Of a DNA stretch of 57,102 nucleotides, positions 35,522 to 43,014 are shown in pieces. Under the pieces are notes generated by a model. That model was given only the letters and a program-made list of their open reading frames with translations, had not been told where the DNA came from and did no database searches. Location: positions 1-57,102 of the IMG/VR virus record IMGVR_UViG_3300014161_000001; one strand, 5' to 3'. Both the position numbers and the translations under genes were made by a program. The stretch is from a virus (Duplodnaviria; Caudoviricetes). Positions within the stretch are counted from its first letter, which is position 1. Each line of letters opens with the position of its first letter.

Positions 35522-36834
35522 GCGCGGCGCACCACACTCGCAGCCACGCTACTTGGGCCGCCTCGGCGACGACGCGCAACGTCACCTGCGCCGGCGCGGT
35601 CGCCATGGAGACGATGTGCGAGGACAAGGAGACTGAGGCTGCCGCGTGGGGAACCTGCGCACACCAGATCGCCGAACGCTGCCTACGGCAGAACATTGAC
35701 GCGTCAAGCTTCCTCGGTGAAACCGAAAAATCCGGCCGCTTCGAGTTCGTCATCGACGAGGAGATGGCGAACTGCTCGCAGGTCTACGTCGCCTACTGCC
35801 GCGATCGAATGGCGGAGTACCGAGCGGCAACCGGCCAAGAGGCGACGATGTGGGTCGAGCAGCAACTGTCGCTCGCCCCGCTCGATCCACCGCTCAAGGC
35901 CGGCGGCACCGGCGACTGCGGCATGCACTTTCCACTGTGGCGAATGCTGGAGGTTGTCGACCTCAAGGGCGGGCGCGGCGTCGTCGTCAAGGCCGCCGGC
36001 AACATGCAGGAGAGGACCTACGCGATCGGCTTCCTACTGTCGCTCGTCGGCATCTCGGTCGACACGATCCGCTCGACGATCGTCCAGCCGCGAGTCGGCG
36101 ATGGCAAGCCGACGTGGGAAGACGTCCACGTCGCCGACCTTCTCGACTGGACCGTCGACCTGCTGGCGGCGATGCGCCGCTCGAGACAGGCGTTGACTGA
36201 GTTCGAAGCGCTCGGCGGCAACCGCGTCAAGTTCGACGACTGGGCCGAGCGCTGGCTGACCGTCGGCGCGTGCGTGTTCTGCCCCGCCGAGGGCGTCTGC
36301 CCTAAGCGGCGCAAGGAGGCGCTGTCGATCATGAGCGACACGGCGCAGAGGTGGTTCGAGGAGCCGGCGGGCGACGCGCCGCTCGCGATCGGCAACGCGC
36401 CGGAGACCGCCTCGCCGGAGGAACTGGCGCGCTGGCTCGACGGCCTCGAAGCGCTGGAGAGCTGGATCAAGAGCCTGCGCGCCTACGCGCATGCCGCCGC
36501 CGAGCGCGGCGTCGCCATCCCCGGCTGGATAATCGTCGACAAGATCGGGAACCGGCGGTGGACCGACGAGACGCAAGCCGCGCTCGCGCTGCGCAACACG
36601 CTCGGCCTCAGCAAGGAGCAAGCGTTCGAGGAGAAGCTGCGTTCTCCCGCGCAGATCGAGAAGATTCTCGGCGCCAAGCGGAAAGCCGAGATCGAGCCGC
36701 TGGTCAGCCGCCCCGCCACTGGAACGAACCTGGTCTCCGCAGCCAAGACCAGCCGATCGGCGGCAAAGAGCCTCGCCGAGCAGCACAACGATAGACTGGA
36801 GCATGCCTATCCGGTTAACGCCCAACGGAGCTAG
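35518..36834 (+). CDS. DUF2800 / Cas4-like PD-(D/E)XK exonuclease (C-terminus altered by cassette 1)
   Basis: GTCAH, VEQ, GTGD, VDLKGGRG, IVQPR, CVFC..C, RSPAQIEK. Confidence 0.85.
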   Translation: MSAAHHTRSHATWAASATTRNVTCAGAVAMETMCEDKETEAAAWGTCAHQIAERCLRQNIDASSFLGETEKSGRFEFVIDEEMANCSQVYVAYCRDRMAEYRAATGQEATMWVEQQLSLAPLDPPLKAGGTGDCGMHFPLWRMLEVVDLKGGRGVVVKAAGNMQERTYAIGFLLSLVGISVDTIRSTIVQPRVGDGKPTWEDVHVADLLDWTVDLLAAMRRSRQALTEFEALGGNRVKFDDWAERWLTVGACVFCPAEGVCPKRRKEALSIMSDTAQRWFEEPAGDAPLAIGNAPETASPEELARWLDGLEALESWIKSLRAYAHAAAERGVAIPGWIIVDKIGNRRWTDETQAALALRNTLGLSKEQAFEEKLRSPAQIEKILGAKRKAEIEPLVSRPATGTNLVSAAKTSRSAAKSLAEQHNDRLEHAYPVNAQRS

Positions 36835-37181
36835 ATCATGAACCGCTACTCGAATGAAGCCGTCGAGCGATTTGACCAGCAATTCGCCGAGACAAGCGAT
36901 GAGCGCGCTGAGAGATTCGCGCGACGTCAAATCGACCCGCTATTTCAGCAGCTTTTCGACTTGACGCGCAATTGGAATTCCTTCGAAGATGTCCCACGAT
37001 CCCAACAGATCGAATGCCGCCAGATTGGCGAGAAGCTTCATGCTGACGGCGGAATTGAGAAGATGCGATCGGCCTATTACGCGGCCAAGGAACGCAATCT
37101 GCACGTCCACGTCATCCAAGCCTATTGGGACAAGGTAGGAGACTGGAGATGGTAAGTCCGGGTGAAAACCGGATAGGCATA
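36802..37181 (+). mobile_element. Non-autonomous mobile gene cassette 1 (380 bp)
   Basis: Left end CATGCCTATCCGGTTAACGCCC, right end GGGTGAAAACCGGATAGGCATA; flanking 8-bp direct repeat GACTGGAG (36794-36801, 37182-37189); ends shared with cassette 2. Confidence 0.9.
36838..37155 (+). CDS. Cassette 1 passenger, hypothetical 105-aa protein
   Basis: Lower GC; uses cassette-supplied GGAG; C-terminal RQIGEKL..GG..M..WDKVGDW. Confidence 0.8.
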   Translation: MNRYSNEAVERFDQQFAETSDERAERFARRQIDPLFQQLFDLTRNWNSFEDVPRSQQIECRQIGEKLHADGGIEKMRSAYYAAKERNLHVHVIQAYWDKVGDWRW

Positions 37182-37198
37182 GACTGGAGAACTGAGAA

Positions 37199-37843
37199 AT
37201 GGTAAAGACCCGAAGTCTCGACTTCAAGACCCCGCTCTGCCGATTGAGCTACGCGCAATCGCTGTTCAAGGCGCGCGCCCAGGAAGAAGGCAAGGAGCCG
37301 AAGTTCGGCTGCACGTTGATCTTCGAGAAGAGACACCGCGCTGAACTAGAGAAACACGTCGCCGAAACGATCGTCGCCGAATGGGGGCCGAAGGGCCTCG
37401 AAAAAGCAAAGGCCGGCCTGATCAAGTCGCCGTTCCTGGCGGGCGACGGCAAGGAGTCGCGCAACAAGCAGAACGGCGACCTTCATCCCGGCATGGGGCC
37501 GGATGTTTTCTTCATCCGGCCCTCGGCCAACAAGGACCGCCCGCCGGCGGTGTGGTGGAAAGACCCGAACAAGCAGGAAGATGAGACGACTATCTACTCC
37601 GGCTGCTACGGCAAGGCGGTGCTCAACTGCTTCGCTTGGCACAACGAGAAGTCGGGCGACGGCGTCAGCTTCGGTATTCAGGGCTTCCAGAAACACACCG
37701 AGGGCGAGCGGCTAGGCGGCGGGGGGCCGATCGACAAGGAGAAGTGGTCCGAGACGATCGCCGACGACGGCCCGGCGCCGGACTCGACTAAGGGCGGAAA
37801 AGGCGCCGGCGGCCTGTTCGGCGAGGATGATATCTCCTTCTGA
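37199..37843 (+). CDS. DUF2815-type single-stranded DNA-binding protein
   Basis: RLSYA..PKF..L, GDG, YSGCYG, GVSFG.Q..GERLGG, acidic tail. Confidence 0.9.
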   Translation: MVKTRSLDFKTPLCRLSYAQSLFKARAQEEGKEPKFGCTLIFEKRHRAELEKHVAETIVAEWGPKGLEKAKAGLIKSPFLAGDGKESRNKQNGDLHPGMGPDVFFIRPSANKDRPPAVWWKDPNKQEDETTIYSGCYGKAVLNCFAWHNEKSGDGVSFGIQGFQKHTEGERLGGGGPIDKEKWSETIADDGPAPDSTKGGKGAGGLFGEDDISF

Positions 37844-37858
37844 TATCTAAAGGAGGCG

Positions 37859-37948
37859 ATGCGCTCTGCCGCCGCAACCAAATTATTTGACGTAGGGCCG
37901 CCGCGGCGCACAGCGCTGCGGCGGCCGCGATCCGAGAGAGCGAGATGA
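37859..37948 (+). CDS. 29-aa Arg-rich ORF containing a GC hairpin
   Basis: AAGGAGG RBS; ATGA overlap with next gene. Confidence 0.4.
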   Translation: MRSAAATKLFDVGPPRRTALRRPRSERAR

Positions 37949-38145
37949 GCGAAGAGACGATCGCGCTGCCGCTGCGCGTGCGACGCGACGAGCCGACCGA
38001 CCAGGCGATCCTGGCGATGCGCGACGACGGCGCGCAGGTGTGGCTGCCGCGCAGCCTGATCGAAATCGAGTATCTGGACCAAAATCACCGGATCGCCGAG
38101 GTGACGACGCCCGAGTGGCTGGCGACCGACAAGGAGCTGATCTAA
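37945..38145 (+). CDS. Hypothetical small phage protein
   Basis: AIL..VWLPRSLIE..PEWLA..K family pattern. Confidence 0.75.
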   Translation: MSEETIALPLRVRRDEPTDQAILAMRDDGAQVWLPRSLIEIEYLDQNHRIAEVTTPEWLATDKELI

Positions 38146-38414
38146 TGCCGAGACAACCCGAAGCGCCGAAGATCGGCGACAACAGCGTCAACGGCGCCCA
38201 CTTGCGCGCCTTCGTCGAGCGCGTCGAGAGGCTCGAGGAGGACAAGAAGGCGCTCAGCGACGACATCAAGGGCGTCTACGCCGAGGCCAAGGGCAACGGC
38301 TTCGACGCCAAGCAGATGCGCGCCGTCATCAGGATCAGGTGGCAGGACCGCGACAAGCGGCGCGAGGAGCAGGAGGTGCTCGACATGCACCTCGCCGCCC
38401 TGGGGCTGCTGTGA
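38145..38414 (+). CDS. DUF2312 / GapR-like nucleoid-associated protein
   Basis: LRAFVERVERLEEDKK..DIK.VYAEAKGNGFD.K..R consensus. Confidence 0.9.
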   Translation: MPRQPEAPKIGDNSVNGAHLRAFVERVERLEEDKKALSDDIKGVYAEAKGNGFDAKQMRAVIRIRWQDRDKRREEQEVLDMHLAALGLL

Positions 38415-38641
38415 CCGTTCTGCCGCGCTGGACCCCCGAGGAGGACGCCGAGCTGCTGCGCCACGTCGACGCGACATGGCCCGCCGGCGGGTTCCACGCG
38501 ACGCTGAGAATACCGGCGAGCCGCGTGGCGGCTCGCATGAGCAAGAAGTTCGGCCGGAAGATCACCAAGAGCGCCGTCATCGCGCGGCTGCGGCGGATGC
38601 GGCCGACGAGGAGCCAAGATGGACGAGATCAACAGCTTTAA
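38411..38641 (+). CDS. GcrA N-terminal-like HTH protein
   Basis: WTPEE..L..W..G..ASRVA..ITKSAVI..RR pattern. Confidence 0.6.
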   Translation: MTVLPRWTPEEDAELLRHVDATWPAGGFHATLRIPASRVAARMSKKFGRKITKSAVIARLRRMRPTRSQDGRDQQL

Positions 38642-38855
38642 TGAGGTCTTCGCTGTCGCCAGGGAGCGCGATCTCTACCTCGACTCGCTCTACCAGGACC
38701 GCGAGGGCCAGTTCGTCGCCGCGTGGCGCGCCGGTGCGCGCATCCCCGGCGAGCGCCGCGGCGCGCCGACGCGACGTCTCCACCCATTCAACGCGACGCG
38801 CGACGCGCTGCTGACGCTGCTCGACGAGGCGCCAGAAGAGGACCTATTCGCATGA
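38619..38855 (+). CDS. Hypothetical protein
   Basis: GAGGAG RBS; ends EEDLFA; ATGA overlap. Confidence 0.65.
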   Translation: MDEINSFNEVFAVARERDLYLDSLYQDREGQFVAAWRAGARIPGERRGAPTRRLHPFNATRDALLTLLDEAPEEDLFA

Positions 38856-39178
38856 AACTCGCGATCCTGGAGAGCCCCTACGCCGGCGACCTGAAGCAGA
38901 ACCTCGCCTACGCTCGCGCGGCGATCCGTCACAGCTTGTCGCGCGGCGAGGCGCCGCTCGCCAGTCACTTGCTCTACGCCGCCAGCGGCGCGCTGGACGA
39001 CGACATCGCCGAGCAACGCGCGCTGGGGATCGCCGCCGGCCAGGCGTGGCTCGCCGCGGTCGAGACGGTCGTGGTCTACGCCGACCTGGGGATCTCGCCG
39101 GGGATGCGCGCTGGGATCGAGGCGGCGAAGGCGCTAGGCAAGCCAGTAGTCTACCGCACAATCGGCTGGCCGCCGTGA
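38852..39178 (+). CDS. Phage protein with nucleoside deoxyribosyltransferase-like fold (ESPYAG family)
   Basis: ILESPYAGD..NLAYARA..GEAPLASHLLY..DLGISPGM. Confidence 0.7.
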   Translation: MKLAILESPYAGDLKQNLAYARAAIRHSLSRGEAPLASHLLYAASGALDDDIAEQRALGIAAGQAWLAAVETVVVYADLGISPGMRAGIEAAKALGKPVVYRTIGWPP

Positions 39179-39420
39179 GCACGCGCGTCTACCGCTACGT
39201 GCGCGGCGGCGAGACCCGCTTCGTCCCATATCGACCGCGCCTGACGATCGCCGATGACGACCTGGAGGCGCTCCGCCTCGCGCACCCCGGCTCGACCGGA
39301 CGACCGAGAAAAGGCGACACGCGCGGCGGTCTGAGGACGATCGCCGCGATCCTCGGCTGCTCGCCGACCGCGGTAAAGAAGCGGCTGCGCAGAATCGCCG
39401 AACGAGAAGAGGGTGTATGA
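39175..39420 (+). CDS. Small HTH protein
   Basis: LRTIAAILGCSPTAVKKRL. Confidence 0.7.
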   Translation: MSTRVYRYVRGGETRFVPYRPRLTIADDDLEALRLAHPGSTGRPRKGDTRGGLRTIAAILGCSPTAVKKRLRRIAEREEGV

Positions 39421-39422
39421 TT

Positions 39423-40141
39423 CATGCCTATCCGGTTAACGCCCAACGGAGCTAGATGATGATGACTGAATATCACAAAATTGAAACGCTTTTTGAGCGC
39501 GACGCTTCAACCTTCGTCGTTGATCCAACGAAGCTGAAAATGTCAGTCTTTGGCACTATCAGCGAATGGGATGTGACTGAGAAAATTGATGGCACAAACA
39601 TCCGGGTCATGCTTTCGAAAGACGGCGCCGTGTCCTTTGGCGGCCGCACCAACACGGCGTCAATTCCTGGAGACCTCGTCCAATATCTCGTTCGCACATT
39701 TCAGCAGGACTTACTCAAGTCCGCGTTATGGCTCAGCGTCGCTGAGCCTGTCGATGCCGTTCTTTACGGCGAAGGCTACGGCCCAGGCATTCAAAAGAGC
39801 GGCGCCCTTTACCGGGATGACAAAGCGTTCATCCTCTTCGATGTGCTAATCAATGGCCAGTGGTGGCTTGATAGAATGGCAATCACCGAGATTGCGGCTA
39901 AGCTCGGCATCGACGCAGTGCCCTACCTCGGTCGTATGACGCTTAAACAAATCGTCGAACTTGTGCAGGCTCCTTTTTCATCCAAGATCGGTCGGGCTGT
40001 AGCCGAAGGCGTCGTCGCTCGACCCATTGAGACGCTGTTCGATAAGCGGATGAAGAGAATCATCATCAAACTCAAGACGAAGGATTTCGTTGCAGGCAGA
40101 CGCTAGGAGTAGCGGCAATGGGTGAAAACCGGATAGGCATG
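39423..40141 (+). mobile_element. Non-autonomous mobile gene cassette 2 (719 bp)
   Basis: Same 35-bp left end and 21-bp right end as cassette 1; flanking 8-bp direct repeat GTATGATT (39415-39422, 40142-40149). Confidence 0.9.
39456..40106 (+). CDS. Cassette 2 passenger, RNA ligase-family (Rnl2-like) nucleotidyltransferase
   Basis: YHKI, EKIDGTN (motif I), LYGEGYG, FILFDV, EGVVARP, IKLK; lower GC. Confidence 0.85.
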   Translation: MMMTEYHKIETLFERDASTFVVDPTKLKMSVFGTISEWDVTEKIDGTNIRVMLSKDGAVSFGGRTNTASIPGDLVQYLVRTFQQDLLKSALWLSVAEPVDAVLYGEGYGPGIQKSGALYRDDKAFILFDVLINGQWWLDRMAITEIAAKLGIDAVPYLGRMTLKQIVELVQAPFSSKIGRAVAEGVVARPIETLFDKRMKRIIIKLKTKDFVAGRR

Positions 40142-40143
40142 GT

Positions 40144-42396
40144 ATGATTGAGTGCCACTGCGACTTCGAGACGCGCAGCGACATCGACATCAAGACGCGC
40201 GGCTCCTACATCTACTTCGAGTCGTCGCTGACCGAGCCGCTCTGCGCCTCGTTCAAGTTCACCGGCGCGCACTACGTTTACCGCTGGTTGCCGAGCGAGC
40301 CGTGCCCGCCGATGATCGTGCGGCACGCGCAGATGAGCGGGCGCTTCGTCGCCCACAACGCCGGCTCATTCGAGGCGATGCTGTGGGAGACGGTCCTCGT
40401 TCCCCGCTACGGCTGGCCACGAATCGGCCTCGACCAGTGGCGCTGCACGATGGCTGCGGCCTCGGCGCTCGGCCTGCCGGCGAGCCTGGAGAAGCTCGGC
40501 GAGGCGCTCGACCTCAACGCCAAGAAGGACAAGGCCGGCAAGTCGCTGATCGTCTTCTTCTGCTCGCCGAGACGGCTTCGAAGCGGCGAGGCAGGAATCC
40601 GCTTCAACGAGCCCGCCGACTATCCGGAAAAATTCGAGCAGTTTCGCGCCTACTGCGACGACGACGTGCGCGCCGAGTCGGAGGCCGACGCGCGGATGAT
40701 CCCGCTCAGCGACGACGAGCTCGCGGTGTGGCGACTATCGGAGGCGATCAACCGCCGCGGCGTCCGCGTCGACACGGTCTCGGCTCGCGCCGCGCTGCGG
40801 TTGATCGAGCAGGAGAAGCTGCGGCTCGACGCCGAGATAACCGCGGCGACCGGCAGCGCCGTCACCGCCTGCAGCCAGGCGGCGCGACTGACAGCATGGC
40901 TCGCCTCGCAAGGCGTCGCGATGGAGGGGGTCGCCAAGGACGACGTCCTGGAGGCGTTCGAGCTCGACGACCTGCCGAAGCACGTCCGAAAAGCGCTGGA
41001 GATCCGCCAGCAAGCCGCCAAACCGTCGATCAACAAGCTGAAGGCCTTCCTCGCCCACGTCTGCGCCGACGATCGCGTGCGCGGAACCTTCGTCTACCAC
41101 GGGACCGGGCCGGGTCGGTGGACCTCGGCCGGCGGCGTCAACTTCTACAACATGCCGCGGCCGCGCCCGGCCTTCGACGACGCCGACCTCGACCCAGCAA
41201 CGCTGTTCGCCGCTTTTCGCAGCGAAGAGCCGGCGATCTTGCGAGCGCTCTACGGCGACGATCTTGGCAAACCGACGCACCTCGTCTCCGACGCTATCCG
41301 CAGTTTTCTGATCGCGGCGCCGGGCAAAGACTTCATCGCCGTCGACTACTCGGGTATTCAGGGCGCCCTCTGCGCTTGGTACGCCGACGAGAAGTGGAAA
41401 TTGCAGGCGATGCGCGAGATCATCGCCGACCCGCGCCTACCGGACCTATACCGCCGCACCGCCGCCAGTATCCTGAACACGACGACTGAGGTCGTCACCA
41501 AGAAGCACTGGGGGCGGCAGATCGGCAAGGTCGCCGAGCTCGCGCTGGGCTTCCAGGGTTCGGTGGCGGCGCTCGTCTCGATGGCGGCGAACTACGACAT
41601 GTTGCGCCGCAACCTCCACGACCTCTACCCCGGCGTCTGGGGCGCGGCCGACGAGGCGGCGCGCGAGCGCGCGATTAAACGCTGGGAGCAGCGGATGAAA
41701 AGCCGCGACCGGCAAAAGACCGACATCCTGACGCGCGAGGCGTGGCTCGCTTGCATGATCGTCGTCAACGCGTGGCGTCGGCACAACGCCGAGATCAAGG
41801 CGTCGTGGAGCGAACTTGAAGACGCGGCGCGACGAGCGCTGCGCGAACCGGGTGTCAAGCAGCGCGCGCTCGACCGGATCGACTACCTCTATAAGAGCGG
41901 TTTCCTGTGGTGCCGACTGCCGAGCGGCCGTCCGATCGCCTACGCCAAGCCGCGCCTGCGCGACCAAGCGTGGGCGAAGCTGCGACTCGTCGACGGCTCG
42001 TGGGGTGAAGCCGAGGTCATCGACCGCGACGAAGCCGAGAAGCTGGCGCTCGCCGACAAGGCGCAGATCCAGGGCGCAACTTCGCCGAAGGTAACGGCGC
42101 TCGGCTACGACTCGACGACCAAGAAGATGCTGCGCTACGGCCTCTACGGCGGATTGTTGATGGAAAACAATTGCTTGGGGGCGGAAGCCGATGTTTTACG
42201 AGTAGCTATGCGAAAATGCGAAGACGCCGGCTACCCGATCGTCCTCCACATCTACGACGAGGCGGTCGCCGAGGTCCCACGCGGTTTCGGCTCGGTCGAG
42301 GAGATGAAGAGCCTGATGCTCGACCTGCCTGTCTGGACAAGAGGCCTGCCTCTGACGGCGCACGGCTACCGCGCCAAGCGCTATGCGAAAAAGTGA
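40144..42396 (+). CDS. Family A DNA polymerase with 3'-5' exonuclease
   Basis: DFETRS, AHNA.F, YC.DDV exonuclease motifs; GRW, DYSGIQ, RQIGKVAELALGF, HIYDE polymerase motifs. Confidence 0.92.
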   Translation: MIECHCDFETRSDIDIKTRGSYIYFESSLTEPLCASFKFTGAHYVYRWLPSEPCPPMIVRHAQMSGRFVAHNAGSFEAMLWETVLVPRYGWPRIGLDQWRCTMAAASALGLPASLEKLGEALDLNAKKDKAGKSLIVFFCSPRRLRSGEAGIRFNEPADYPEKFEQFRAYCDDDVRAESEADARMIPLSDDELAVWRLSEAINRRGVRVDTVSARAALRLIEQEKLRLDAEITAATGSAVTACSQAARLTAWLASQGVAMEGVAKDDVLEAFELDDLPKHVRKALEIRQQAAKPSINKLKAFLAHVCADDRVRGTFVYHGTGPGRWTSAGGVNFYNMPRPRPAFDDADLDPATLFAAFRSEEPAILRALYGDDLGKPTHLVSDAIRSFLIAAPGKDFIAVDYSGIQGALCAWYADEKWKLQAMREIIADPRLPDLYRRTAASILNTTTEVVTKKHWGRQIGKVAELALGFQGSVAALVSMAANYDMLRRNLHDLYPGVWGAADEAARERAIKRWEQRMKSRDRQKTDILTREAWLACMIVVNAWRRHNAEIKASWSELEDAARRALREPGVKQRALDRIDYLYKSGFLWCRLPSGRPIAYAKPRLRDQAWAKLRLVDGSWGEAEVIDRDEAEKLALADKAQIQGATSPKVTALGYDSTTKKMLRYGLYGGLLMENNCLGAEADVLRVAMRKCEDAGYPIVLHIYDEAVAEVPRGFGSVEEMKSLMLDLPVWTRGLPLTAHGYRAKRYAKK

Positions 42397-42400
42397 TCGG

Positions 42401-42465
42401 CAATCGCTTGACAGACGCTACACAATCGTAGATAACAATCGCTTGACAGACGCTACGCGATCGTA
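42401..42465 (+). promoter_or_regulatory. Tandemly duplicated promoter-like 30-bp unit (35-bp period)
   Basis: CAATCGCTTGACAGACGCTAC(ACA/GCG)ATCGTA at 42401 and 42436, each with TTGACA. Confidence 0.7.
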
Positions 42466-42498
42466 AACGACAACCAGCACAGAACAGGAGAAGACAAG

Positions 42499-42984
42499 AT
42501 GCGCATCCACGACTACAACTCCGCCAAAGGCATGGCGTTCCAAGGCGACGTCTCGATCATCCCCGTACTGCCGGACATCCCGGTCAGTCGCGCCGACGAG
42601 ATCTTGCCAACTGCGAACCGGCTCGTCCTGCAGGAAGGCGAGATCAGCGGCCACCACCACGCGATCGCACTCGCTGAGCGCCCCATGCCACACCCGCTCG
42701 ACGAGCCCGATCTCGTCGTCGAGCGGCTGATATCCGACGCGCTAGCCAACAGGATCGCGTTGCCGAGCGCACGGCTGTTCCGCGACCCGAGCGTCGGCGA
42801 GGAGATGCGTCGGCGCGGCGTCATCACGCGCGTCGACCTGATCATCGGCATCCTCGTCATCGATACGGGACCGATGTGCCTCCTCCACGAAGAGCACGAC
42901 GGTATTCGAATTCCGCCAGGCGCCTACCTGATCGGCCGACAGGTCGAGAGCGCCGGCGCCGAGGAGCGCCGCGTAACGGACTGA
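42499..42984 (+). CDS. His-motif protein usually paired with DUF6745-type genes
   Basis: QGDV..LQEGEISGHHH..HEEH..IPPG.Y..RQ.E; AGGAG RBS. Confidence 0.8.
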   Translation: MRIHDYNSAKGMAFQGDVSIIPVLPDIPVSRADEILPTANRLVLQEGEISGHHHAIALAERPMPHPLDEPDLVVERLISDALANRIALPSARLFRDPSVGEEMRRRGVITRVDLIIGILVIDTGPMCLLHEEHDGIRIPPGAYLIGRQVESAGAEERRVTD

Positions 42985-43014
42985 CCGCGCGCCGCAGATT
43001 CTAAGGATACGTCG

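Noticed and set aside
35518-36834. Cas4-like nuclease as part of a CRISPR system or as the cassette integrase
   Set aside because: DUF2800-SSB-PolA is a standard phage replication module; no CRISPR array or cas1 is present.
37140-37149. Third copy of AGACTGGAGA inside the cassette 1 passenger
   Set aside because: It encodes the passenger's GDWRW tail and has no counterpart in cassette 2; probably coincidence.
37828-37848. TGATATCT 8-bp direct repeat as an excision scar of a third cassette
   Set aside because: Copies are 5 bp apart with no remnant of the terminal repeats; insufficient evidence.
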